Shown in pieces: positions 25,075 to 39,185 of a stretch of 64,000 nucleotides of DNA. Numbering within the stretch: the first letter of the stretch is position 1; each line of letters begins with the position of its first letter. The translations under genes were made by a program, and so were the position numbers. The notes beneath the pieces are model-generated. The model saw nothing but the letters and a program-made list of their open reading frames with translations. It ran no database searches and was not told where the DNA came from. Source of the stretch: Callorhinchus milii (lineage: Eukaryota); contig NW_024704742.1 in the NCBI RefSeq assembly GCF_018977255.1, positions 53,694,001 to 53,758,000 on the forward strand, given 5' to 3'.

Positions 25075-25585
25075 AATACTGTGTCCAGTTTTGGTCTACT
25101 CATTTAAGGAAGGACGTACTTGCCTTGGAGGGGTTGCAGTGTAGATTTACTAGATTAGTGCCAGGGATGAAGGGGATGAGTTACAAGGATAGGCTGACCA
25201 ATTGGGTCTATATTCTCTAGAATATAGAAGAATTAGAGGGGATCTTATAGAAACTTATAAGATCATCAAAGGGCATGGTAGAGTAGATAGTGGGAGATTG
25301 TTTCCCCTGGTTGGAGAAACTAAAACCAGGGGTCACAAGCTTAAAATCCTCAAAGGGTGGTGAATGTATGGAACTCACTACCCCAGAGGGCTGTTGACAC
25401 TCAGTCCTTGAACATATTCAAGACTGAGATAGATAGATTTCGTATTGCTAAAGGGATTAAGGGATATGGGGATAAGGCAGGGTCAGGTTATTAGCTGGAG
25501 TTAGATTAGAAGATCAGCCATGATTGAATGGCGGGGCAGGCTCGCAGGGCCGAATGGCCTACTCCTGCTCCTACATGTTATGTTA
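25075..25585 (+). mobile_element. CR1 LINE 3' portion
   Basis: tactgtgtccagttttggtct (YCVQFWS), agaattagaggggatcttatagaa (RIRGDLIE), 3' UTR ggccgaatggcctactcctgctcc with a tgtta repeat. Confidence 0.9.
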
Positions 25586-26589
25586 ATTATTTTATCACTT
25601 CCCTTGCTATTAAAACCTATTTACTGACTGTCATTTTAAAGTTACTCACAGATCATGCCTTCCAGGTCAATTGGCACTTAGAAACAATTACTCTTAGAAA
25701 TGATTTGTTTGCTCCTCATTTGGTGATCACATTTTTGATTATTGTTTCAAGTGTTAGAATACAGTTCACTCTATAATAATAACTGATTATATTTACTAGA
25801 GTCAAAAATACAGCAGTTTGCATGTAGATTCATTGATGGACGTGGATAATCACCAATGGGGAATCCTGTTGGTAAGAGTCAGTATGCCATGGTTGACTCT
25901 TTGATTCCCTCTCAGAATTGTTGGATTCCCCATTAGCAACTTTGAGTTACTATTGGGGAAATATGTTGCTAACCATAGTTATTTCACCTACACAGTTACT
26001 ACACTACACTTTGCGAGATTTTGAGGACACAATAAGGTGCTATATCAAATGCAAGGAATATTATTATTTATTATTTAAATCCCAATGTAAAGTATATTTT
26101 ATTATATCACAAGTAATCTAAATATATTTTGTTTGCCTACAAAATACAGTCACTAGACTTTACACTGTGTCCTGTGAAGCACCTTGAGACATCCTCCCAA
26201 CATGAAAGACGCAATACCAAATGCAAGGATTATTATTATTCAGGAAGCAAGCTGTTGAGTTGGGAAAATCAAAGACAGTAACAATCCATCGAAAAACTAG
26301 GAAGACCTTCCAATATACTATACTTCACAATTTAGTCATAATGAATAGTTACAGTAAAGTGGCCTTCACTCCAAATCATATGCTAAAATTAGCAATTACA
26401 TTTACAGAGGCTCCAGTGGCTAATCCCTGTAATTCACACAAAATCAACGAGTTTTAAAAGACGTTGGCAAGACCAGCATCAGCTCTGCTGTATATTAAAG
26501 GTCTCATGTGCTGTGATACTGAAGAATGCCTTGTGTCTGTGACTCACCACAGCTCTGAAGCACGGAAATAACCTTAGGATTGTCTGCTA

Positions 26590-26965
26590 ACTGAAATGCC
26601 CCATCCTTTCCCACGATCACTCCTGCCTGTCTCTTACTATTCAACCTTCAAAGCCCTCCACAGCCTTGCTTCTTCCTACTTCTGTTCTGCTAATCCCATA
26701 TCGACCTGTCCCTCCGCTCAGCAGGTTATGGCCTGCTCCATGTCCCCCACCCCATCATCAGCGGTCAGGCCTTCAGCCTCTCTGAGGCCAAGACCCTCCT
26801 CTTTGACCACGCACTTGGTCACCCTCCTATCTCTACCCTCCCTGGCCTCCACTCCTTCAAATCCCAACCTCCTGCTTGGGTCCAAATCCCTAACAGTCTA
26901 GATCCTTGAGACGTTCACCCGACGTGAAAAGGGCTATACAAATATAATTTGATATTTGTTGTTGT
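26590..26965 (+). mobile_element. Old L2 3' end
   Basis: FKALHSLASSY peptide; tail gtgaaaagggctatacaaat..gttgtt. Confidence 0.75.
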
Positions 26966-27399
26966 TCGAGCAACACAGGCACAGGCTTTCAAACGCACAG
27001 TCTGTCAGCTTTCTCAAGACAGGAAATAGTTAGCTGTGCATTGAAAAACTCTCAGGTCTATTCATATCCACTCCCTCTGAATTCTAATCTCTTTTACCAG
27101 TTGCTTGCTGTGATATTTAGCTGAAAATAATAAACAGAAATGCACAAACTAACATCTTCCATTGCACACAAATGCAGCATTACTAACAGCTCAATTTCAA
27201 GCTCAATTCATTCAGTCATTCTTGAGGTCCACTGCAGCCACCCTCTGACGGCTGAAATCACCGACCTACATCAGAGGAGCATCTAATGGGAAACTCTATT
27301 CAGAAACACAGACAGTTTGCTGGAAACATCTCTATCTCAATCCAGTAAAAATGCTGATGAACATTTGCCAGTCTATAGCAGCATGGCAGAATATAGAAT

Positions 27400-27700
27400 A
27401 TAGTCAGAAGGTTGTGGGTCAAACCCACGTCGGGAATTTGAACTCACAGTCAATACTGGAGTTGTTCTGCGTTTTCAGATGTTAAAGATCCCATGGCACT
27501 ATTCAAAAAGAGAAGGGATTTTCTCCCAATATCCTGGCCAACAATTCCAACAGATAAAATTGGTCATTCATGGCTGTTTATGGGACTGTGCGCAAATTGT
27601 CTGCTTCATTTACCTACAAATACACAGTCACTATATTTCACAGGAAAATCCTTTGAATCACTTTGAGGCACCTCAAAGGTGCTGTATCAAATACAAAAAT
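27400..27700 (+). mobile_element. Long Deu-like SINE, internally deleted
   Basis: gtcagaaggttgtgggtcaa head; aaagatcccatggcactatt body; tgtgcgcaaattg core. Confidence 0.75.
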
Positions 27701-28639
27701 TGTCTGTGTTCACAAAATCATAATAGGTTGAGATGGAAAGGGCTATTTGGCCTCATCCTTCCATAATGGCCACCCTGTTGTGTTCCATTAGCGTACCAAG
27801 CGATTTCTTAAACGGGTCCATTGTTCTGGCCTCTGGCATCTTTGCTGGTAATCCAATACTATTCTGTTGAGTACTTCTTTCTCATTTAGTCCTGTTAACC
27901 TTGTTAAAATGACTGACGATTGATTTCTATTGCATTCCCATTGAAAGATACACTTTCCTTAAAGGAAGAAATCCATTTGTCCCACCACAAAATCACTTTT
28001 AGACAGCTTTGATTGATGCACTGCTTTACCTTTCATGAATTGTGCATTTCCCCTATTAACTCATGAGTACTGTTAGGAAGCACGATAGATCTATATGATT
28101 AGACTTCTAAACTTAGCCAAGAACCTTAGAATTGGAAAGAGAGAGAGACATAGACAGTCCAGATCATGGAGAGAACATTTATTTTATTTTCAAAATGAAT
28201 CCAGATTATCTCTGGATTTTTCAACTAAATCTCCACCAGGAAGCCTTTCCAAAGATGCTCCAAGCACTTGTGCATAGTGCTGGTAGCGATTTGTAGGAAC
28301 TATCAGCTTTTACACCATACTTATGTAACTAGCAACTAACGTGAAGAATTAAAAGTAGCCAGGGGCAGATTGACTGTGTAGGAAATCAGGACATTGCCTG
28401 AATATACCATGACTGGCTTACACCCAGGTGTGGCAAGCATCAGGTGTCATTCATGGGTGCCAAAACGCATAAAACATCTGTGTAATCGTGCTTTTTGTCT
28501 CCCCCCACAAATCAACAGCCCTATTTTGCTTAACAATCCGAAGCCCTTTCTGCCATTGCATGTAACTGAATCATCCATTCATTTCATAGGTCAACAATTC
28601 ATGCCTAGTTTGGTTTATTTAGTTTACTCATCCAAACTC

Positions 28640-29035
28640 TGTACACCCATAATCCCATCCCTCCCCTGCCTCCCAGCAAATTGATTTCATGGTTTGCCCC
28701 CACCTACAAATCCACCCATACCTGGTATCTCCTTATCTCTTCTATCTTCCGCTACCCTACTTCACACCTCCTCCGCTCAGCAAACTTAGGCTTGTTGCGT
28801 GTCTCCCATTCTCCCGTGCCACTCTTAGAGGCAGTTCCTTCAATTTCTATGCCCCTAACCTCTGGAACTCTCTCCTTCCCTCTTTTTCTGTTTTTAAGTC
28901 CCACCTGAAAACCTGCCTATGGCCATCTCCTTATTACCCCTCTCACCTCCCACCATCTCCCGCTCAGTTTCAAACCGCAGCCTTGCAAAACACTCAGCTA
29001 CATGAAGAAATCTATACAAATGCAAGTTGTTGTTA
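28640..29035 (+). mobile_element. Old L2 3' end
   Basis: YAPNLWNSL..FKSHLKT peptide; aaatgcaagttgttgtt tail. Confidence 0.75.
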
Positions 29036-32000
29036 TAGTAGTTCCCCCACAGACAACATTTTACTCCTGATTGCCTCATTTGCATAGAAGGTATTTAAAC
29101 TTGAAGTACTTGTTTGTGTCAAGTTTCTCCCAGTGTCTTGGCCAACAATACCCCAAATAAAATTGGTCATTCGCTTCATGACAGCGGAGATTGGAAATAT
29201 ATACAAATACATCTAAAAACACTCAAACAAAGATCATGTCCCAAATAAACAGCAATCAACAGCATTCTAAAGGTTAATTTCATTAAAATCATTGATTTAA
29301 TTCAATGTATAATGTTTTGAATATTATTATTTTAAAAAGGATGTCCAGATGAGATCATGGGGAGTACTGACCTGGAGGTTTTATTAACTCTGACAATGTA
29401 AAGGAGCTGAATTAGCATCAAACCCAGATCATCATTTAACCCAGGGGTATTTCAGGTTCAGCTTCATGTATGTTCATTCAGTTACATCACATCACTGGGT
29501 TCAGTAACTAACTTCTCCAGCTTTTCCCTGGTGAGTTTGTCAGTATTTACTGTTCAAACGCAACTTCAATAGAATTATTAAAAAAATCCAAAATAAGTCA
29601 GAATTGCATTATTATTTCCAAATGGATCCTGATTCTGTTTACTGGTGATTTGTTCTCATCATACACTTTTTCCGAGAGGCCTGTGCTCCCAGAATCCACT
29701 AGAATAAAACTCTTAAATGGTTTGTACTGGATCTAGTTACCTCTTGCTGCAGACTGTTGTATCTTCTTCATTGCATCGTCGAGATGTTTCAAAGCCTTTA
29801 ACTGTGAAATGATTTTATATTGTGTAGACAAACATGGCAGCCAACTTGCACACAACAATGTCCCAGAAACAGCTATGGAGCGAATGACCAATTTTATTTG
29901 GGGCAATATCAGCCAGGACACTAGCCTTCTATTATAAACAAAGAAATGGATAAAAGTGACTCATTTAAACTTCAGCACTCAGCTTCATCTGTTCCTGATA
30001 CAATCCCAGAACAGATTACGTCACAACATTAGTTACCTTTCAAACTATTTCTGATTCTTTTCCAAAGTATAAATAGCAATCAGAGATAGCTAAAAGCACA
30101 GTTCAGGATAAGGCTCCAAAGTGGTCTTATCCTCAAGTATCGATTGTAAAGAAAATGGTAAGCCAATTTATTGTATTTGAAACTCGCTGCGCAGTGCCTG
30201 GGCTCTAACAGGACCCATAAGTGTTAGGGTTAGTGTTAGATCAGGACTGCCATTGTTGCAGTATTTTGAAATAAGATTCTGATGTCTTACATTTGCTTTC
30301 CTCAGCCTTAACTCCCATTACTTCCTCAAGGAAAGCAAAACAACAGCAAATCCTGAGCCACCGATATGCAACGTCACGTAGTACAGATAAAAAGGGAAAG
30401 ATGGGAATGCTGAAAATGTGAAATAAAAACAGAAAACTGTTGCAGAATATGAAAGAGAACTATACTGATCAAACATTGCTGGATTCTGAAGTTAACAGAA
30501 ACATTGTGAATAAAACAGCAATTTCAAAAAGGACTTTTTGTTTACTTTTAAAGCCATTAAGCTGGTATTCCCCAAACCAGCAGATTGATAAATGGTTCAA
30601 AAACAGCAGCGAGCAATATCAGGCGAAGGATTTTTCGTCATTTATCAACTCCAGGAATGAAATACCACAAAATGATTACAGGTGATGATTTTCACATAAT
30701 ACGTCACACTTTTCACCATGTTAACTTAGGTTGTTGAATCCTTTTAACTTCTGAATAGCATATGGACCAGTGCTTATTGAAGATCAGCAAACTATATCAA
30801 ACTTTTTAACAAATTTATACTGAGAGAAACACTGCTTTCCCTCGGAGCTCAGTTTGTTGACAGTACAGTATGTGCTGGCATAAGATCAGCGTTTAGAAAA
30901 CAGCCACATAGATAGCCATAGAACACACACGCTTACAGTTGGCTCTTTTTAAGGTATTTGTTTGGTTCCCTCTTGAAGGCTAATAATGATTCTGCCTCAA
31001 CCACTGTTCCCTGTAGGCCATTCCATATCGTAACCACTCTGCGTGTGAAAAGAATTCTCCTAACCTCCTCATTTGCTCATTTAATAACTTAAATTGATGC
31101 TCTCTGGTTACTGATTCACTGACCAGATTGCAGTGCATTCCCGATCAGATGACTAACGTTATGAAGAAGACTCATGAGGCATGAGATCATAATGAAACAG
31201 GAGTTTACAGTAAAATACATTTTAAAATAAAACATATTTGCCTGTTGCATCATGTATGGGGGAAAAAAATACTTCTTGCAGAAGAGAGAGAATAAAAATA
31301 AGTTATGCAGGTTAGTAAGGCCCATCTCCTTTGAGGTACCTTTTTGACTGTTACCTCTTTCTTTTCCCCAACCCCTTGGCTCTCACCCCAAGCCCATCTA
31401 GCATTGCTAAGTGCTCTATGACATCTTCCCAATGTAAAAGGTGCTATATAAACCAAAATTATATTGTATATCATAATACTGTTACAGCAATAAGCTTTTT
31501 TTAATGAAATTGCATGAAGAAGTTGCTTTTCAAGCAACAATGATAGGAAAATGGAGTATGGGTTAGCATCACAGATGATAATTATTTTATGGATCAAAAA
31601 CATGGTCAAAACCATTGAATGACAATAATAATAACCCTTGCCTTTGATATAAAGCCTTTCCTAAAGGGTGGGGGGGGGTGGGGGGTGACTTGTCTCAAAA
31701 TGCTTCACAGGATTTTACTGTGTAGTGTAGTAACTGTGTACGTTGTAGACAAATAATTATCACTGGCCACAAGGGGGAGGGGGAGGGGCAGGGGGAGTGG
31801 GGGGGGGTTGCATTTCTTCCTCCTTTTCCCCATTTCATTTGATCTAGAAATGTCATTTCACAACAATGTAACTCAGGCTTCTCATTCTCTGAACACTCCA
31901 CTAAGGTGTATTCTGAAGTAAGAAGTATATTTATTGCACTATTTAATTTACAATTCCATTCGCTTAAATTAAAAATTGGTTCACTTCTTGATACCATCTG

Positions 32001-32230
32001 AGTCAGGAAAGACCAAAGCACCCTGAGAATAAAAACAATTGTGCTTTTTTTTATGTACTACTGCTGGGACATGTAGTTGAGCCTTTGTTAGAGCACTATA
32101 AAGAGAGAGAGAGAGAGAGAATGAGGCCTAAAGTACTGCAACAACATGGGAGGAGTAAAAGTGGAGGACAAGGAGATGTATGCCAGATGCTACTCCACGT
32201 GAAGGGCACAAGTTGTTGTTGAGACACTGT

Positions 32231-32646
32231 GCTGCTGCCAAAAAGCAGGGGAACTATAATTACAAATAATAAAAGTTGGTAAGGTTACTTGGCCAGTAAA
32301 AACTGAGCATAAAAACTCACATCTACAGGACAAGGAGTCCTGTAGCTCAGTCGTTAGAGTATTCTCCTCGCGAACGAGAGACCTGGGTTTGATTCCCGGC
32401 AGGGCGAAACCTTGGGCAAGTTTGCTTGCTCCACACGCCTGATAATAATCCCTCAAGAAAAAAAACAATAACAAATTGGTCACTTCAAATCACGACTGTT
32501 TGTGGGACACCGCTGTGCGCAATTGGCTGCTGCGTTTCGCCCACAAATATACAGTCAATTCACTTTACAGTCTATTCTGTGAAGTGCTTTGAGATGTCGA
32601 GAAAACTTGAAAAGCCCTATATCAAATACAAGGATTATTATTATTA
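32231..32646 (+). mobile_element. Short tRNA-derived SINE (A and B boxes, Deu-like core, L2-like tail) with ~107-bp 5' extension
   Basis: A box tagctcagtcg; B box gtttgattcc; core gctgtgcgcaattggctgc; tail tatatcaaatacaaggattattatta. Confidence 0.9.
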
Positions 32647-32895
32647 CAACAACAACAAAATACAAGAATAAAATTACATTTGTAAAGCGCCTGTCATGTC
32701 GGGAGGGTGTCCCAAAGCGCTGGACAGACAGAGTTACTGACCTGAGCTGGGGGTCGGGGTGGGGGAGGGGGGAGGGCAGGGAGATTGAAAGCAAGTTTGA
32801 GATGGGTCTTGAAGGAGGCAAGGGTGGGGGCGAGCTGGTGGGACTGCGGGATGGAGTTCCAGAGGGTGGGGGCAGAAAGGCAGAAGGCCCACCGC
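32647..32895 (-). mobile_element. L2 3' end, tail-to-tail with the preceding SINE
   Basis: AFCLSAPTLWNSIPQ..FKTHLK; its (CAA)n tail abuts the SINE's (TTA)n tail. Confidence 0.85.
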
Positions 32896-34574
32896 ACTAT
32901 AATGTATAAATATTGGAAGACATTCACATTTAATTATGCTGAAAATATATTCCAGCAATCTTTGTGGGCAGAAAGGGTTCTACAGTCCCTGGGATATCTC
33001 TTAAAACATTTATATGTTTTTCAGAATAAAAAAAATATGAAGGAGACTCTGTTGTGAGTCTTTTAATAACCTTCACTTTGAAATCCTCCTCATTCTTTTG
33101 TACCAACCCATCCATAACCTCAATGGCAAATGCCTGAATTCCACAGCTCAACTATATGTTTGTGATGAGTATTGTTTTCATTTGGTGCATAATGATGCCC
33201 TGAGTTAAAGCAAAGCTGTTTCCCTGACTGCTTTGCTTAGGGTGAGTGTATTGGCGAGGAAGCTGATGATCCTATTTACATAGAACAAAAGCCTCTACTC
33301 GGGCATGAGACGATAATAAAACAGGATTTTAGAGTAAGTACAATTATGTGTTGCATAATGCATGGAGAAAGGATGTTGCTTGCAGAATTGAATGAAAAAA
33401 TAAGGTAATCAGAAACCCCAGTGGCTATTATATAGCAATAACATAACAGCAGGGGTGCAGAAGCCCAATTACTGCTTGATGGTCTTTTAAATTTATGGTC
33501 CAAGCACAGTGAGTTCATGCATGTTCAAATTCTGTTACGACTATTAATATACACAAATTCCTATTAATTTTAATTAATCTGATGGCTCTGTAAGTCTTTT
33601 ATGCTCTCCCTCATTTGGGGAGAAATTCCACCGGCCTCTGGTTTTACTCTATTGATGTAGTATGACAGAGCATCTGGAAATCGGCAAATTTTTAAACTCC
33701 AAATTTTGAAGCTTCTTTTTTCAAAGTTCTTTTCTAAAAATTGCAAAAGTTAAGGCTGAAATCAACAACTGCTCTAAGAGGCTACATAAATAGACTGAGG
33801 ACTAGACCAAGGATACATTTCTCCCTGTAAAGAGTGAATCCCTTGAAGTTGGGCTCTTGTTAAATAAAAATCTATAATTAATAGAGGAAAAGTCATTATG
33901 TGCACACCAATTGAAGCTGGTATGGTGTAAAAGGATATCATTAAAGCTAATAATGATAATTATTCTAACAATGAGAAGTTGTAACTAGCTCCTCATGAAA
34001 ATTTTACCTTCAGATAAGTATAAAGGACAATTTTGTTTCCCATGTAATTTTCACCCCTCTTTTGTTGAAGCTACTGACTCAATTTGGGGTACAATACAAT
34101 AGAATACAATATCATTAACATTTGTACAGTGCTTTTCATGTCCATGGATGCCTCAAACCCCTTAAGAATGCTGGATGGCATCTAAGCTGGGGGTGAGAGT
34201 CAAGGGAAAGATGACTGAAAGTACGATTAGAGGAACATTATGAGATATACCATGAATAAGGGTATATATAAGGGTATAGTAGTAATTAGTATAATTAAGT
34301 TCCCAATAAAAGGCACAGCAAATGATTGAAGGCCTGATTTTGTCACACAAGCCTCATTGTAACACTTCTAAAGTGGCAGATTTTTCACTAACTTTATTTT
34401 TGAATGTATTTTTGAATGTATACCATCCACCAATATCCTATCCAATGTTATACAAATGAAATATAAGAACACAAAAGATGTACAATCTCTTTCCTTTTTT
34501 GTTCCAGTGGAACATGTTCCAGTGCCACTTCTTGTAATACCAAGATACCCTTGAGTTAAACTGGTAACCTGTGA

Positions 34575-34752
34575 TGAGATTGGCTGATATGTCATCAGCA
34601 GTGCTCTTGAGTACTGTGGACCTGCCTGGCTCAGGAACTGGACTACCGAGACCACCACAGAAGATTGACTCAATTCAATCATTCTGTTGCCAAGCACATC
34701 ACCTTGGAGCCAGTTCAATTTCAAGGAGATCCCACTTACCTTCACACCAAGG
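34575..34752 (-). repeat. Copy of the unassigned hairpin-rich repeat
   Basis: caggaactggactaccgag..attctgttgccaagcacatcaccttggagc matches 20990-21090 and 41015-41120. Confidence 0.8.
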
Positions 34753-37700
34753 AGGATCATGACTAAATATTTTTTTCTGCTGCGAAAGAAAACACAAGTT
34801 AAATGTGTATATTTGTTATATTGAATTTCTTTCATCATTATCCCTAATGCATTTACTCTGCTATAATAATAATAAAATATAATATACATTGTGGAAGAGA
34901 ATTACACATACTAACCAACAGCAATGTAAAGAAATGTACGGAATGGCTGATGTTTTTTGAGACACCAACGCACATAATATCAGCATGCGTAAAATGATTA
35001 GGCCCCCATGAAAAGAGGCCTGTTTCATCTACTGGAAACTCTTTCCACGATTGACTCAGTGATGTGCTGTATAGTAAGGATAATGATGAAGGAATTTCTA
35101 CATGTATAGAACATTTAGGTATATATAGATTGTGGGTTGTTTAGTAGCTGAAAAATTACTTTGCTGAACAAGAATAGAAGGAATGCTTTATACAATTATT
35201 TTAAGATTTCATGCCACCTCTGGCCATTGCACTAAAAAAAATCAGCAAGTTTCTGTCTTGAATACCAAACAATTCTGTTTATAGTTTTCCTGATACTTTC
35301 TATTTTTGCACATAGAAATGCAACACTCTAAATGCATAATTTAGCTGGAACCTAGTTTCCATTCAGTGACTAATGAAGTGTAGAATAATGATTTGCTGTA
35401 CGGTGGAACTTTTAGTCAGGATCAGTGTCTGGCTGTTTTCCAAGTCCTGAATGTCAGGTCACAAGAGACTATATGATCAAAAAGTGAAAACATATGTAAG
35501 GTAGCTCTGATAATCCTGATAGCATGATCAACCAGGAGGGAATAATCAATTAAGCTCCTTTCATAAAATATGACACCTCCACTCTATGCCTCCACTCTAC
35601 CACAATCTGCAAAAAAGCTATTGTGTGAAGTCTCATGAAGTTGGGTTCTCCTCCCCAACCCCCTCAGCAACCATCCCCAGCATGGGGTCCCAGCAGCAAG
35701 GTCAAGCGCTTTGAGACATGCTACTGGCATGAAAGGCACTATATAAATATGTTGCATTGTTTAAGGCTAAGGTTCATCAAGATTATGAGGATACCGTAGC
35801 CATTTATTGACTTGGCAACTATAAGAGAAAATCTGGTTCCTTGTTCTCATAATAAAAGGACAGATTACCATTCTAATCATTGAGTTTAGTCTGACATTTT
35901 ATTAGATCATAGAAACGTTTGATTCCCATTTCCTCATCTTTTCTTCATATCCCTTAATATCTTTAATTTGCCATAGGAATATTGGATGTTAATCTCCCTC
36001 ATCCATTTTTGGCATCCAGTCTGCCCTACTGAATGAGAATTGTGTCCCATGGTGTTCTTCGAAAAAAGAATGGAGTTTTTCCCGGTGTCCAGGTCAACAA
36101 TTCCCCAATGAGATTGATCATTTAATGTTGTTTGTGGGGCATTGCTGTGTGCAAATTGGTTTTCACCCACAAAATACACAATACTACAGTGTATTCGGTG
36201 ATGCTTTGAGACATTCCATTGACAGGAAAGACGCTACATCAAATGTAAAGATTATTATATGCGCTATAGTTATCCATAGATAGTTCATTAGATATAATAA
36301 TGCATATTAAAAAAGCACTAAGATGTAAGAATCAAAACATTTTATACAAAGGGTAATAGACTAATTGCATTTATTTATTAGTGCATATCGGCATCAAATA
36401 AGTCAACTTCTTCTGCCCTTTGGTACAGTGGAACATGTACAATAGCGGCACAAGAAGTAATAAAAATGCAACATCATAACCACAAAGTTTAATTCCCAAT
36501 TACATTAAGCCCTTCTTGTGGCTATCGGTGATAAGTGTGAAAAGTTAACAGAAGTTGATTGTAACAATTGTGCCCATCTCCCCCTCGGTCTTGGAAGATA
36601 GCATATCTTCAATGGAAGAAATCTCTACAATACTATACAAGATGATTTGTAAAAACAGAAGTTTCAGCACAGAAGTAGACAATTTGACTTATGTCTATGA
36701 ATAAAAATAAATAAAATAATAATAATTTGGTAACTCAATCCATGACTGTTTTGTGGGATACTGCTGTGCTGCAGTTGGCTCACACGTTTCGTCCAAAAAG
36801 TAGTTAATTAACTTTCCATATATTCTGTGAAGTGCTTTGACATGTCTCAATGATGTGATAGGGCGCTATCACAAAAGCAAGGATTATTATTATATATTAA
36901 TATCATTAATAATTGATCTAGTCCCATTCCCCATTATTTCCTAATTTTTTCAATGTGGTGAGAAGTGTAATTTATGCTATAATTTATGATATTCATTTGA
37001 GTCCTTTTGGTTAGCCTGAGAGGATTCATTGGGTTTGACAATTTTTGAAAGTTGTTAAAGTGTGATAAAAAAACAAGGGAGCCATGGGGAGATGGTATGG
37101 AAAAAATACAGAAGAATGGAACTAAATGGAGCTCTTTCAGAGAGACAGCACAGGAAAAAAGACTGAATACCCTTCCCTCTGATCTGTAAATTTCTTTGGT
37201 TTCTACATTACAAATTAATGTTTTTCCTTTTCACATCTCCCAAATGAAATCTCATTTTTAATGTTCTCACACTTATGCATAAGATGGCAATGTCCCTAAA
37301 TATACAATAATAATCGTTGCATTTGATACAGCAGCTTATCACGTCATTGAGATGTCTCAAAGTGCTTCACAGAATATACTGTAAAGTGAATTGACTTTGT
37401 ATTGTGTGGGCGATACATTGCAGAGATCCAGAGATCTGATTCTGCCTGCTTTTTATCTCCACGAAAACTCAATCAGGATTGAGAGTTTACCTTTATTCAG
37501 AATGGTTAAACTCAAGCACATCGTATTGGTGAATAACTTTAACAAGTGTGTTATGTTGGACAAGGCAACTGTTGATAAACAATCACACTTTTTTGAGTAT
37601 TTTGTTATCAGCAGTTTTATTACTTAACAGGTCTTCCTTGACTTTGGTTGCACCATGGAACCTCACACGGTTAAACCACACAGTCAATTCTGCACGACAA

Positions 37701-38829
37701 CGTAGAATTGTGCAGCATTGCAAACAATTCTTATGCTTCAAACGGTTTTGTGAGATTTCAAGCTACATTCGCAGTTAAGGATTTTTATAAATTTAGCCTG
37801 AAATTGAAATTCAAGCATCCAAAATCTTAATCTGCAATCAGGAATACTCAAAATACTGAACATGAAGTCCAAACCAACCAGCGTAAAAACATCCTTATCA
37901 AAACCAATTAGGGACTCAGAAATGTACAGTACCATCCTATCTCTCCAGGGGAAGCCATGGGGGGAGTAAAGGCACTCACTTTTCCCTAGAAACTCAAGGA
38001 TTCCATTTATATCCTAAATATATTTTACAAAAAATGATCATTCCTACCTGTGTTGCCAGACTTACTATCATGGAGATGAATCATAGTTTCACACCAAAGG
38101 CTTGAAATGACATCTAGTCTTAGCTTACAAGACTTTAAAATCATGCAGACATGTGGAAAATTCTTAAATTCAGTCTTAATCAGTGCCTTGGGACACGTTC
38201 CCGATACGAAAGGGGCTATATAAATCTAAACTCATTGTTGTCTGAAACCCTGTACTCTGTCCAGCGCCTTGGGATGTCCTCCCGATATGAAATGCGCTAT
38301 ACAAATGTAATCTTGTCGCTGTTGTTGTTGTTAATTTGTAAGCCTGGACATTTTTTTTAAGAATTGAGGAAAACCAGCTTCCAAATTAAGATTGAATCTG
38401 AGAATTTTTTAACAATTCTGCATGATCTCAATTTTTAAGACCAAGCTTACAAGCTAAGACGATGTAGAATTTTAGGTCTCATGTACATATGCACTTACGA
38501 TCTTTACCCTCTGCACATGCCTTAATGAAAGAACTGCGCTGTACTGCTCTGAACATGGTGGCCAGCTGTGCACAACGCATGTATGTGTTTAAGATCATAC
38601 ATGTCTTCACTTCATTTAAACTGTTGGGTGATTCCAAAATATAAGTTGAGTGAAATAGATTCATTTAGTGTTCATACGGCTGGGAGAGAATTTGCTTTGC
38701 TTCCTTGGAGCAGGAGAGTAGGATTAGATTAGCTCATATGGAGAAAAACACTAATGCTGACGTAATGATGTTGAATGCCCCATTTTAAGCTGTAATATGA
38801 ATGATTCTAGAGCAAACCATGATTAATAT

Positions 38830-39170
38830 TATCGTATCTGTATTAGAAGATTATGGGTTCAAATCCAAAGTCACGTGCTGCATTGTTAGAAGTGCTGACC
38901 TCCAGATGAGCTGTTAAACTGAAGTCCCATATGCCTGTTCAGGTGGACATTAAAGATCCCACAGCACTACCATGGCACTATTTGAAAAGAGAAAGGTATT
39001 GCTCTCGGTGTCCAGTTAACATTTTCGCAAATAAAATTTTCATGCATTCATTACTGTGTACAAATTGTCTGCTGCATTTGCTTACAAACATACTGTCACT
39101 ACACTTTACTGTATATTCTTTAAATATCCATTTATATGAAAGTGCTATATCTAATACAATGGAAGGATTT
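38830..39170 (+). mobile_element. Long Deu-like SINE
   Basis: cagatgagctgttaaactgaag..caggtggacattaaagatccc body; tgtgtacaaattgtctgc core. Confidence 0.75.
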
Positions 39171-39185
39171 AAAATATATATATAA

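Noticed and set aside
30222..30240. Telomere-like gttagggttagtgttag
   Set aside because: Only about three degenerate units; compatible with chance.
32338..32410. tRNA genes at ~32338, ~45447 and ~56303
   Set aside because: A and B boxes are present, but the anticodon regions differ between copies and each continues into a SINE body and tail.
34620..34655. Assigning the unassigned repeat to LF-SINE from the motif GTCTC..AGTCCAGTTCCT
   Set aside because: Short resemblance from memory only; no tRNA head or further similarity seen. Needs a Dfam search.
34368..34889. 173-aa minus-strand ORF
   Set aside because: Spans AT-rich flank plus a repeat copy; no protein motif, and no matching ORF is listed for the other copies.
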